From the NCBI RefSeq assembly GCF_000315625.1, contig NW_005434656.1:479741-543740 (forward strand): a stretch of 64,000 nt of DNA, given 5' to 3'. Below are positions 1-12,271 of the stretch, one piece after another. The DNA comes from Guillardia theta CCMP2712. Lineage: Eukaryota; Protista; Cryptophyta. Position 1 is the stretch's first letter, and every line of letters begins with the position of its first letter. Under the pieces are notes generated by a model. That model searched no databases. It was not told where the DNA came from and saw only the letters and a program-made list of their open reading frames with translations. A program made the translations under genes and the position numbers.

Positions 1-266
1 GCAGAGAACTGGCTCTTTGACCACGACAGCTCCACGCCCGAATCACTCGACTGGCAAGGCAGCGTCAAAAATGCACGAGAAGCGAACATAAATAATCCAA
101 GCATTGAACAAGTCTTCCTTGCCTTAGAACTACTTAGCAAGCTACATCTGGTACTGCAGCTGATTTGACGGCTAACTCCATCTGTTGGTCTGCACTTGCT
201 CCTGGATGTTGTCTCTCTCAAAGTCATTTGATTAATCATTCGTGTAATCTTTCTTATTCCTGTCAT

Positions 267-267
267 G

Positions 268-323
<56 letters not shown>
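267..323. repeat. (CCTCGT)n microsatellite
   Basis: About 9 tandem hexamer copies read directly. Confidence 0.95.
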
Positions 324-324
<1 letters not shown>

Positions 325-669
325 ATCCTCATTCTCACCTTTGCCACCAGTACTTCGAACATTTTGCTTCTCGTCTATTTCCGGAAGCAGCACAGAAGAG
401 GAAAACAGGGTACGGGTAGGGTGGTAGCTTTACCTCTGAAAGTAGGGGTATTTTATGCTATGAGTCAGTGTCATATTGGGGGTAGGGGTACAAAACTTTT
501 GGGTCAGACTAGAAGAGTAGGGGTAGTACGTAAATCGTGTAGGGAACAGGGGTAGTAGATCTGGGTGGGGTAGTAGAACAAGTGGAGCCGGGAGGGGATG
601 AGGTCCATCTAACGGCTAAGAGCGAACGATGAGGAACGAGAACAGAGGGGGAGGGGAGAAGAAGAGGAT

Positions 670-817
<148 letters not shown>

Positions 818-1129
818 ATCAGAAGCAGAAGCAGATGAAGAAGGAGCAGGAGAAGGAGAAGAAGAAAATGAGAGGAGAGAAAAGGTGCTGAAAAACTACA
901 AGGAAAGGAGGGAAGGAGAGAAGTAGCTGAGAAATCTTGAGAGAACGTAAAAATGACGAAGAACAGGGAGAGACTAGGGCTCGAGAAAGACAAGGAATCG
1001 AAGGCATCAAACAGCAAAATGTATTCTGAGTGCCCAAAAATGCACGGAAGTGACATAACAATGGCAATGAGAAGATGAGGCTGAGCTATCATCGACTTCA
1101 AGGCTTGTCTGATGCTTCTTGCAGTTAGG

Positions 1130-1705
1130 ATGTCTTTCTTCGGCATCACGACTTTGGGTCCGCCCAACATCTTTCAACTCTACAGGCACCAGGAGATCTC
1201 CGCCATCTCCAAAGAAGACTTCTTCGTCGCCTTTCGCATGGTTGCAGGAGGAGCTGGCACCATCACCAAGGATCAGATCAAAGACGTCATGCATGAGGTC
1301 GGCGCTCCCACAGAGGGTGAAGACTTCGACAAGTTCTCCTCCTTCTTCGACAACCATGACGCCTTCAACCTTGAGAGCTTCGAGGATGCGCTCGACGACT
1401 TCATGGCCAACAACCCCACCAAGCCAGCCAAGCAGTATGTGTCGTCTTCTAAGCTTAAGGAGGACAGGCTCAAGCACAAGCGATGCGAGGGATCCTCCGC
1501 CCAAAAGTACCACGTGCCCCTCACGTCCTCACAAGAGTACGGCTGGGGGAACCCAACCGACAACATCAAGCGAGCCCTTCCTCCTTGCGGTAAGATGTTC
1601 GCTCACCGACCATCGCACATGTCCTACTATGCCGAGTGCATGATCTGCTATGAGGAAGGACGAGACTTGTCTGCTGGGCCCACCTTGAAGGCCATGGAGC
1701 TATGA
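1130..1705 (+). CDS. TEX49/SPMIP11-like ciliary microtubule inner protein with inserted EF-hand-like segment
   Basis: N-terminus MSFFGITTLG and C-terminal YHVPLTSSQEYGW...SHMSYYAE resemble TEX49/SPMIP-type motifs. The central ITKDQIKDVM...FNLESFEDAL segment is EF-hand-like. Single open exon. Confidence 0.65.
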   Translation: MSFFGITTLGPPNIFQLYRHQEISAISKEDFFVAFRMVAGGAGTITKDQIKDVMHEVGAPTEGEDFDKFSSFFDNHDAFNLESFEDALDDFMANNPTKPAKQYVSSSKLKEDRLKHKRCEGSSAQKYHVPLTSSQEYGWGNPTDNIKRALPPCGKMFAHRPSHMSYYAECMICYEEGRDLSAGPTLKAMEL

Positions 1706-1774
1706 GAGGGGTCTCAGTTGGATCTTCGCGTCCTCTTCTCTCTTTATTGTCTAAGCAGGATGTGTCTGGTAACC

Positions 1775-4700
1775 TCATTTCGTCACTTGCCCCTGGGCCG
1801 TGCTTCGTCGAGCTCGCACACGCGCAAGAGCAGACGTGAGGGCGGGCTGGGCGACCATGGCCGCGTCCTGCTCGTTCATGGGAGCCTGCAAGATCGTGAG
1901 TGCAGGCAGGAGATGACAAGCTGATTGCCTTGGGCTCGATCTGCTGCTTCTTCTTGTCTGCTCGCTTGAGCTCCTCAACTTCAGTCTTGAGCCTCATGAT
2001 TTCAACCTTTTCATCATATCAATAAACTGTAAAGCCACAGCAGGTTGGCTGCTCAACCTGGTATTTCCGCTCTTCGATCTGCTGGATGTTTCTCAGCTCC
2101 ATGTCCAGCTTCATCACTTTCGTCTCCAAGTCATCGCGCTCCCTGTTGCTCCGATCAACCAGCATCACTCAGGGAAGAGGGTGAACCTCTTGAGCTCGTC
2201 ACGTTCAGACATGACAGGCTTCATCTGCTCCTTGTGTGAGTTGAGATCTTGTTCCTTCTTCTTCAGCTCATCGTCCTGCGGCGAGTGAGGCAGAACCAAC
2301 AAAACCTTTCTCATCGACCTTGACTTTGAGCATCTTTCTCAAAGTGTCAAGATCTGCCTTGCAAGCCTCCATCTCCTTGGACAGTCGTTCCTTGTCCGCT
2401 GACAGCTTTGTGAACTCCTTCTGCTTTGAATCTGAAACACAATCAGGGCAGCAGCCCGGGTGGAGGAGGTGGGAAGCGGGCGGTAAGAGAGAAGAAGACA
2501 CACCTGTCATCACTCCCTCGGAGAAGGCCTTCTTCAAGTCAGACTTGCACTTCACCAATTCCTCCTCCAGCTGCGACAGATTCAAGTCATTCACGTGAGG
2601 GTTTGCCATCCCTCTACTCGCCTTCTTCTTGTCCGCATCGAACTTGGCTCTCTCGGTTTCGCGCTCTCGCTGTACCTCCGCCTACACCAAGTGTGAGGTT
2701 CTGAATACATGCTCTGGATAGAATACCAGCGCACTCTGATTCTGTGACTTTTGAGACTCCAAGTCTCGTTTGTAGAGGTCTTTGGATATCATATTCTCCA
2801 TGAGTTTCTTCTTTTCGGACAACTCCTCCTTCAGCTGAGCAAGCTCTCGACGATCCCACTCTTCCTGCTTCTCGGAGCGCAATCGAGTCATCTGATGTTC
2901 ACCCTTCTCGTCACTCAACTCTTTCTGAGTTTGCTGCAGTTGCTCTTTCAATCCTTTGATTTGCGAGGACAAGTTTTCCTTCTCTTCGTGCAATCTTGTT
3001 TTGTTCTCTTGCAGAGACGAGTTGATGCGCTGTTCGTTGGCCTTCAAGCTTTCAATCCTCTCGTTCAAAACTTTGTTTTCCGTGAGCTTGGCGTTAATCT
3101 CCTCTTTGAGATTACGAATCTTTTCTTCCGACTTGACCCTCAAGTCTTCATATCTCGCCTTCGCCTCGTCTCGTTCCTTTGTCATTCTCGCTTCGTCTTC
3201 TGTCTTGATATTCTGGATCTTGACTCGCGCTTCAGAGAGCTCGGCTTCTTTCGTCTGCTCCAACTCTCGCAAGACGGTTTCTCTCTCCTTCAATTGCTTC
3301 TCCAAGTTGTCAATGTGTGACTTGAGCAGAGCCCTTTCGGTCTCGTGGTCTTTGGTGGTCATGATCTTCTCGTTTTCAAGTCTCTTGACTTCGTTCTTCA
3401 TGTCTTCAAGCTCAATCTGTTTGAGCCACTTAGCCATAAATAACAAACGCAAGAATCGTTACCTGAAGCTCTTTTTGTCTCTCATCGTTCAACCTTTGCA
3501 GCTCCTTGCGCTCGGTCTCGGCCTTATCTTGGTAAGCAGCTGTCAAAAAAGTGTCAAGAATCAAATAGACTGAATGTAGAAAATCGACCATATTTTGAAC
3601 TCAAGTCAGAAATCTGTGCCGTGTGTTTCTCTTGCGCCTTCGCCATGTCGTCCTTGAGCATCTCATTCTGGGACACGGGAAAAAATGAACAACTCTGGAT
3701 TGATCAAAAACTTCGATTTCACCTTGGCCATGGTTGCGCTCAGGTCTTGTTCAAGCTGTTTCATCTTGGCTTCAACATCCGTGCGATACTCTTTCATTTC
3801 TTTTGTATGTCTTGCTTCAAGGTACTCTTTCTCTTCCTTGTAACTCGCTTTCAACTCTACCAACTGCTTCTCGATGACCTCGTTCCTTGAGGAAAGACCT
3901 TCGTTTGTCTTTGTCAAATCAGCCTCCATCTATCATGATCATCATCAAAATTTCATCATTCATAACGACTCGCACGCTCACAAACCTTGTAATAATTCTT
4001 CTCAAGCTCATTGAATTTGGCAGTGAGTTCCTTTTCTTTTTCATCCATTTCAGCTTTGAGCTGCTGCTCCAATTCATCCATCGCTGTTTCATACTCCTTG
4101 AGCGTCTCGTCAAGTTCAATCTGCTTTTGATCACGCTCCTCCATGGCATCTTTGACTTGATTCTCCAATGACTTAATGCGAAGATTTAAAACTTCCTTCT
4201 CGGTCTCAAACCCGTTCTTCATTTCCACCTGAGATCTTTCACTTGCAGCATTGATCTCTTCAATCTTCCTCTTGTGCTTGTCTTCGATCTCCTTCTGCGC
4301 CTGTTTCCATCTAGCCTCTTTTTCTTGAATATCTTGCTCCGTTCCTCCACGTACCGCTTCAAGCTCTTTGGTCAAGTTCTCAATCTCATCGGCTTGTTGC
4401 GCATTTTTTTCATTCAAATCTGCAATCTGACTGTTGAGCTCATTCTTGAGATGATCAAGAGAAGTTGATTTCTCATCGAAGCCTTTTCTGATGCCATCGA
4501 GTTCGTCAGTCTTCTGCTGGAGTTGCGTCAGCAAGTCTCGTTCCTTGGCTTGCTTTTCCTGGCTTATCTGTGTCAATTGCTTTCCGAGCTCTTCCAGTTG
4601 TTTTCTTTGCTTTGATCTTTTTCTTCAGTGCTTGCCAAAGAGCGTTGGAGCTGGTCTAATTCAACAGAGAGTTTCTTGACCTTCTCATCATATTCTTTGC

Positions 4701-7160
4701 AGTCACGTTTGACCTGCTGTAACTGACCTTCCAGTCTCTGCTTCTCCTCCTGACTGACAAGCACCTGATTGCTCAAATTGGTCTTGTCATGAGAAAGGTC
4801 ATCAATCTTGGATTTCAAAGCTTCGATGTCTCTGACGAGCTGCTCGTTTTCAGCCTTTGCTTTTTGCCCTCCAATCTTTTCGAGTTCGTCCTTCTGCTGC
4901 TTCAGCTCTGTACACAATGCCTTATTCTCCTCCAGTTCTACGGAGAGCTTCTTCAGCATTTCTGACATTTGAACTCCAAGAGCAGCATGCTTTGTTTTCC
5001 ATTCCTGAGCCTCTTCAGAAGCACGATCCAGCTGTTCAGTGAGTTGCTGGAGGCTGCTGCTTGTTTGCTTCTTCTCCATTTCGAATCTTTCTTGAAGGGC
5101 TTTTGCCTCAGATTCAGCATCTTTCTTGGCATTTTCCAAAAGTCTTCGAAGATCTGCCTCTCGGCTCCTGAGAATCAAGTCACCTTGAAAGATTGGTCAT
5201 CATCTAGGGTGTGATCTTACTGGGACTCGGCGGCATTTCTCTTTGCGAACTCTTTCTCTTGCTCGAGCAAAGCAGTCTGCATCTCTTGATCTTTTTTGAA
5301 TTGCAGCAATTGTTGTTCAAATTGCTGAGCTTCCATTTGTGCTTTCTGTCGCTTTTCTTCCAAGGCATTGACCTGCGCTTTCAGTTCCGCCTCCGCCTTT
5401 GCCCTCAATTCCTTCATTGCCTCTTCATGAGTAGACCTAAGTCTCTGCATCTCCTCCTTGTTCTCTTTCTCCCTGCTTTTTGCATCTTCGTTATACTTCT
5501 CAGCAAATTCCAGCTTGAGCTTGAGATTCTTCAGGTTGTTGTCGCTTTCCATCTTCAAGGCCGAGAGTTCTTTGGCCATCTCATCTACCTGAACTTTCGA
5601 ATCTGCCTTCACCTTTTGAATCTCTCGTTCTGATCTGTTGCCAAATCTTAATCCAACCTCTGCCAATTTTTGTTCCATGAAGCTAGAAAGAACTTCTTGT
5701 TTAGCAGGTCCATTCGGTACCTATGCTATTGAGTTAGAAGTGGCAAAAATCGAGCATCATCCACCTCCTCCAGATACTTGGAGCGAACTGTTTTCCTCTC
5801 TGATTCAAATTCTTCAAAAGCAGAAAACTCATCAGATTGTACTTTCGCGTCAACGTCCTTGTACAGCTTTTCAAGAATCTCCTTAGCGCGGTCGCGTCCA
5901 CGAGCGGAATTCTCATTCTGCAGCAATCTATGCAACTCACGGATCTTGTCTTCGAGTTGATGTTTAAAATTTTCGGTATCAGATCCGATTGCATGCTTCT
6001 GGAATAGAGCCCACGACTGTTTTTCCATTGCTCGGTGCTTGTGTTCTAGGTCTTCCATGCTCAACGGCAATTCGTTGGCAATCATTTCCTTGGATTGCTT
6101 GTCATATGATGATATGGCATCATTGAGAGCTTGTTGACACTTGCTTTCACAGATGTAACTCCAGGCATTCTGAATAGAAGGAACACTTCCAGTGTTGATA
6201 GACATGGTGTACGCATATGCTAGGTTCACAAGCGCGACTCCGTCGAGTTCGGTTCCATTCATTTTCTTCGGTTTGGCACAAGAGACGATCGTCTTTCGAA
6301 GAGTAAGCATTTGCTCACGAAATTCCGGTCTCAACTGGTCGGACGGGGTTTGAGAGAGTCTCTGAAGGAGGGATTCATCAGTAACAGGGCGCACCATCGT
6401 AAAACAATCTCTGTCCGGGAAAAAGTGTGTAAGCATCCTTCTGATTCTGTTCTTTGCCTCAATCTGCTCCGTAAATCCTGGAACTGGCTGCAGGGCCCGC
6501 TCAAGATATTCTTTAGCCGAGAAGGGCTGGCCATCGTGGTTCACCAGCTGCAAAGTGAAGTCGCGAACTAGCCACATGAATGAAGGGAAGTATTGAGCGA
6601 AGTCTGCACCATCATCCTCCCCACCCTGTGCGGAACTCCTAACATGAATGTGCTTGGTAAGGTTAACTACGAGGGAAAGATTGTTCAGAGCTCCCTCATC
6701 GATGGAACCAACACTGTTATATACAAAGTAAGACGACAACAGCAAAGCCAGGGAGAAAATGATTGAATCATGCTGGCTGTTAGTGTCTAAGGCCCCAATG
6801 CCCTCAGTGTCGATGATGAGGTAGTTGACTGTGTTTCCGTCTTTGTCTTGGGTCTTCATCACACGGTTCCAAAGCCATAACCCCTTCGTGCAGGGATTCA
6901 CAGTGGGACCAACTTGAAAACCATCTGATTGTTCAAGCAAGATTCTGTTGAGCAAAAAGCTCTTGCCAGTACGGTAGAGACCGACGACTGCTATGACAGA
7001 GACGGGATATTCAATCTGAAGCAAAGTCAAAAATAAAAAAAGTGAGCTCAAAATGAATCGGAAATCTCACTGATTTCAAGAATTCCGCAGCTTCTTCTGT
7101 GACGTTAAATTTGCCGTCCTGAAGAGCGATGAACGGAATCGCCTTGCCTTCCGTAGGCAT
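1775..7160 (-). CDS. Guanylate-binding protein (GBP/atlastin family) GTPase with very long C-terminal coiled coil, multi-exon
   Basis: G1 GLYRTGKSFLLN, G2 TKGLW, G3 DTEG, G4 RDF in ORF 5726-7051; start MPTEGKAIPFI at 7160. E/K/Q-rich heptad exons (5217-5678, 4573-5178, 3956-4576, 2682-3452, etc.) can be joined by short introns down to a stop at 1775. Confidence 0.85.
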
Positions 7161-8606
7161 CGTTGAGTGTTATTACTTCAAAACGGATGCACTACGAAGA
7201 AGACGAAAGACAGCTGTTGTGAAGGCTGTCTTGAGGTCTAGAAATTGCAACCGTCAAAAAAAAAGTACAATCAGAAGATTTTTGAGTCAGTCTGCAAGAA
7301 GTTGCTGAAATCACACTACACCATATCATTGATCGGCTATGGATTACAACTGTCTCTGTAATTCTTTGGTCTGGGATGCAGTTTTTTCCATCACGTGCAC
7401 GAATGGGATACAAGAAATGACGGGTTAAGTAGCAGGCCCGCAGACCTGCCCAGTGATCCGCTCAAGACAACAACTCACACAGAGTTGTCAGTTGCATTCA
7501 GAGTCGAAGAAGAGGTTCGAAGCACACTCAAATGAGAAAATTTTCCTAATCCATCTGAGAACTATTATCCTGACGTGCGGGAAAGCATTCAAAAGTGCCT
7601 TCATCTACTTGAAAACAGAGCAACACAGATCGTCCAGATCTGGGTCAGGACATGCAGACAAGCTTCAATCTTCAGCAGTCTATGACGGTAACTTACAATC
7701 AAAGAGCTTCTAATGTTTTGACAGAGAGACCAATGCTGGGTAGAAACAAACCATCTGACTGTCCTAATTGACTATGCTGACGCACGATTTTTTGCACACA
7801 GCAAGGAATGGAAGAGGAAAAGAGGAGGAGGGATGAGGAAGAAAACGTGGGGGTCGAGAGAATGTGAGCAGTCGGACGAGGAGTTAGCAGCCTCAGCAGC
7901 AGATCCTGCAGAAGATCATGGACGACACGACCAACAAGCCACCATGACGGAAGGCGGGAACATCGGGACACAAGGGGGTGGGGGGGGTGACACGAGTGCG
8001 GGGGTAGTACATTCGAACTACAAAAATAAATATTTGAATTACTAACTATCAGGCTTGAGTCGACTGCAGTCTACATAGAGTCCAAAATGTCTCTTTTGCT
8101 TTTTTATTTCGAGCCATCTGCTCACCTACCCCGGAAAAAGAGACACCCTACCTCCTATGTTGTCCATCGTGAACCTTTCGCGCCCCATCAGCAAGAGTCT
8201 GGGTAGCAAAAGAGGGGGTACTGAAAGCAATGATTGAGTATGTAACCCCCAAATATCGATCTTTTTCCTTTGAAGAAACTAGGTGGGTACTACTACCCAC
8301 CACAATCTTTCGGTGGAATTTCAAATGTCGCGTTGACCACCTCCTCCACTTTCAAACGCAGAGCCGCGTGACCACCCTACCCACTAGAACTTTGATCGAT
8401 AACCCCCTCGGGTTAAGACTACCCGTTGTTTCGTTTTGCTCACCCGTTGATTTTATAACTGATCACCCGTAAAGTCTACAGCAATAAACACCACCCCACC
8501 CCTTCAAGCACTCATCGACGACTGGAGTACCCCCCGGGGTTAAAGTGAGCAAAACAATTGAACCCCACCCCTATATTTCGCTCTGAGGACCCACCCACCT
8601 TTGACC

Positions 8607-9170
8607 TCGCGGATCGGAGTCACACTGCCGTGTGGTGGAGGCTCCGCCGCTGAGCCTTCCGAAGTCCACAAGTCACGGGCCGCCGCCGGCACTGACACGG
8701 CGGGCCGCGTGTGTCGGACAGAGTCCGGCCAGGGCCCGGGGGGGGCTCACGGGGCCCGCTCGGACGGCGGCTGTCCGTCGGGGCCCGGGCCCGGTGCCCC
8801 GGCGGCGCCGGGCGGCCCGGGGGCACCACGCCGCCGTACGGTCACCGATCCGATCAATATCACCCGGCGCCCAACTTGCGGTCAAGTGGCAACTTCAAGT
8901 TGGCAACGGACACGCCGAAGTTTGATCGCCGCGGGCTCCGGCGAAGTGGCTCGCAACCGGCGTACGGTCTGAGTCAGTGCCCCCCGCCAGACTGAGAGCC
9001 GGGCTCCGGCACGGTGGCCCGCTGCCCAGGCGCCGCCGGCGGGCGATCCGACGGATCGCCGGAGTCAGTCCGTCGGACGCTCCCGGCTCCGGCGGGACTC
9101 CCGGGACTCCGGGAGCGGCCGCCGGCCCGGGGCCCTGAGCGGCCCGGCGGGCCCGGCATGGCGCCGCTCG
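8607..9170. other. GC-rich intergenic island (CCGG/GGCC/GAGTC/GTCAC motif-rich)
   Basis: Abrupt compositional shift and no credible ORF; similar islands at 14140-14410, 23530-23895 and 33757-33980. Confidence 0.7.
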
Positions 9171-9351
9171 AACATCAAACTTGACAGTCTCGATTGGGCC
9201 TGGAGAAGTTGAGCAGAGCGATGAGGAGGGAGAGAAGCATACTTGCAGTGGTTGCTGCTGCATACTAGCCTCTCCTCCACTCTTGTCCTTCTGCCCTGTT
9301 CCCTCCCCTCTTCCCTTGTTGTGTTGCTGGACCCATGTGCTTTACGTCCGT

Positions 9352-11141
9352 ATGTCTCGAAATGCTTCCTGGACCTCTGGCATGTGCTCCTCTCACGCCT
9401 GCTCCAGGCCACACGGCGCATGCGCCATGGCAAGCCCAGCAGCCAGAGTGCGATCTACTGATGAAGAGACTCATCGACTTCTCCCTCACGACTACTAACG
9501 AGAAAGAGGCTTACATGATCACCAACAGCGTAGTGCTGGACGACGGAGAAGACAGGAAGGAGCAACGGGAGGTGCTGGTCGTGTTTGAAGGAGACCGCGA
9601 TGAAGAATGTGGCGAAGGAAGAAGATTGAGAGGGAAGGGAAGGAAGGAAGTGCACGATCAGGCGGAGGAGATGGAGGCCGATCTTACGGATAAGAAGTAT
9701 CCTACGGTGATGCAAATCACATCGTGTTGGCTGAAGGTGACCTCCATTAGGCGGTCGGCTCGATCACATCTGACATATCCAAGACCAAATTATTTCTCAT
9801 CTTTGTGAGCCATATCGCTCTGTTCTTGTTCTTGTTTTATCTCTCTGATTTTCTTGGTGAAAGGTTCTTGTGCTCTTAATCCTCTTTTCCGTCATCTTGT
9901 CGCTTCCTGAGATCGCAAGCGTGAGCTCTCTCTCTTTATCATGCAGGGACTGCTCAACTTCTTAAACTTCTTCTGTAGGTTGAGGGTGGCAGTGAGTTCG
10001 AGTGGAGCCCTCGGTCAGTGCAGGACTTTATCAAAGACAAGAACTTGCTCCTCAGGAACACTTGAGCGAGCTTCAAGCTAGCGAGGCTGAACGTTGTGTC
10101 AGATATCGAGATGCTTACTCGGGTAGACTCTTGATCGGAATCATGGTCATCTACATCATGTGAGCCCCGTGTCTGTGTTTGCCTCGATCTCTCACCAGCC
10201 CTCTAGATCGCAAACTTTTTGCATCCCATCCAGTGGAACTGTCCTGAACCTCCTTGGTCACATTTCAGTTTGGTGATGCTTGACTCTGAGGCTTTCCGGC
10301 AGTCGGCTACATCTACAGCGAGGTGACACAGAATGGGGTGAATGATTGTTTATCCGTTCCATCTTGTGATCCTTGAAAGGAATATGTTGTGGCTCTTCCC
10401 GTCGCCATCTTTTGTGCTTCGGTCAGGGCGACCAGCTTCAAACTTTTTCCCTCTGACCATGATCATGAGGCAGAGTGGAGCTGTGATGACGTATTTGCTA
10501 TCTTACTTCACTTGTCGTGGACTTGTGATGCGAACGTTTCCCAAGAGGGTGCAATGGTTGAGGTATGAGCCTGCATTGTCTGACTTCGTTCAGTCGCTTC
10601 TTTCCCTCACAGCCTCCTAGGCAGAGGGTCGCCGAGCTTCAGCCACTTGCGGCAATTTCTTTTTTACGTGAGCGCAACATCGGCAGCAACATGACGAGCT
10701 GACAACGTGAACGCTCAGGTCCATGCGGGTCTCACCCGTCATACCTGCCTACCTCCTCAATCTCGCTGCTCCGCTGACCCCGTGCTCCGCTTGGTCGGAT
10801 GCCCCACGTACTTACCTTGGGTCTTGCAGGTTGCCGCTGTGGCAATTCTGGTTGGCAACTGTGTTTGGCTGCACCCCACACAGGTGGACCAGACTGAGAA
10901 TGCACCATAGCGAGTGGAACAGTTCTAACGGCAACATGCCGCAGTCTCGTCACTGTGACAGCTGGAGCGACGATCTCGCGGATGAAACCGGGGGAGAATG
11001 TGAGTTCCTGCATTGCAGATAACGACTGAATGAGGTTGACAGATCTTCAAGACGAGCTTCATGCAGATAGTTTGGCTGCTTTTGCTTGCGGTGGCAGTAG
11101 CATTAATCCCCTTCCTCCTGCGCGTCAGAGCTCCTGCATGA
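9352..11141 (+). CDS. VTT/DedA (SNARE-associated, TMEM41-like) membrane protein, multi-exon; 5' end uncertain
   Basis: Exon peptides SGAVMTYLLSYF, SMRVSPVIPAYLLNLAAPLTP-LPLWQFWLATVFGCTP and terminal TM IVWLLLLAVAVALIPFLL match the TMEM41 pattern. Confidence 0.7.
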
Positions 11142-11305
11142 GCAAATGATGCCAAGGGGTGAGTGGAAAACCAGTGCGAGGAGGGTTCGAGGAGGCGGGA
11201 GGTTTCGAGATTTTTGTCGATCCAAAATGGTAGGAGTGAAGGTTCATCTACAGCGATAAGCATCTAAGTCCTCCCATGCTGCCGTCGCCCTGTAACAGAC
11301 GGCGA

Positions 11306-11679
11306 CTAATAGCGAGACTCTCTCTCCTTCCTCTCGTTCACGTGATTGGTGTACCTATCAAAGCCGTCATCCTCCTTGCATCCTTCAACATGATGAAGGA
11401 GCTCACCACATGATGAAGCCCAGCGTGAGGGCAGCAGGGATCATGTCGGGCAGCACGTCAAACACCTTGTGCTTGAACTTAGCGCCGAAGTTGGCGAGCA
11501 AGCCGTTGACATGCTGGATCTCAAAGGGAGAAGTGTGCTGCTCCACCTGATAACCGACAAACGAATAAAGGCCGGGATAGCTTCTATTTCACACCTTCCG
11601 ATTCCTCACTCCTACACAAATACACAAATACACAAAACATACAAACACACAAAACACACAAAAAAAAAATTACTCACAC

Positions 11680-11754
<75 letters not shown>

Positions 11755-12121
11755 TTTGTCATCCCATCTCTCCTCTCATTCTGTCACCTTTCCGCTTGAC
11801 ACTCGAAGCGAAACCATCACGACTCAAACAACACACAATCGACTAGCATAATAGAAAGCTATGCATGCATCATCTTGCCAACTCCCCTCCCCCCCCGCAG
11901 TGAGCACCGTCATGACAAGGACGAGAACGCAACAAGGAGGTGCAAGCGAGAGACCAGAGGAAGGAGATGAGGACATGGCATGAGATACTCACCACTCCTC
12001 GCATGCGCTTGTAGTAAGGAAGCTTGTCTCCCACAGGTCCGCCTGCCATTCCTCGTCTGCCTGTCGCTGCCATGGTCGCGCTCAAGCGCGTCACCTTTCC
12101 CGTATTCATGAACGCACGCAT
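11306..12121 (-). CDS. QCR8: Cytochrome bc1 complex subunit 8 (QCR8/UQCRQ), 3 exons
   Basis: Spliced peptide KRMRGV-VEQHTSPFEIQHVNGLLANFGAKFKHKVFD...LGFIMW-YTNHVNERKERESRY* resembles plant-type QCR8 (SPF motif, HKV, single TM). Confidence 0.75.
11683..11750. repeat. (CA)n microsatellite in QCR8 intron
   Basis: Direct read. Confidence 0.95.
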
Positions 12122-12271
12122 TGTTGTGAACGAGGAGAGGTAGAGAAACCGTTATGACCGTTGTATCCGTTACGCAGAGGCTTCCAGACACGAACAGCCG
12201 TTTGCAAAATCGGTTTCAGGACGATAACGGTTTGAATGTGATTTCCGCTTTTAGCGCATGGCGGGGGTTTG

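Noticed and set aside
8601-9263. ORFs in GC-rich islands
   Set aside because: Open frames arise from stop-codon depletion at high GC; no recognisable motifs.
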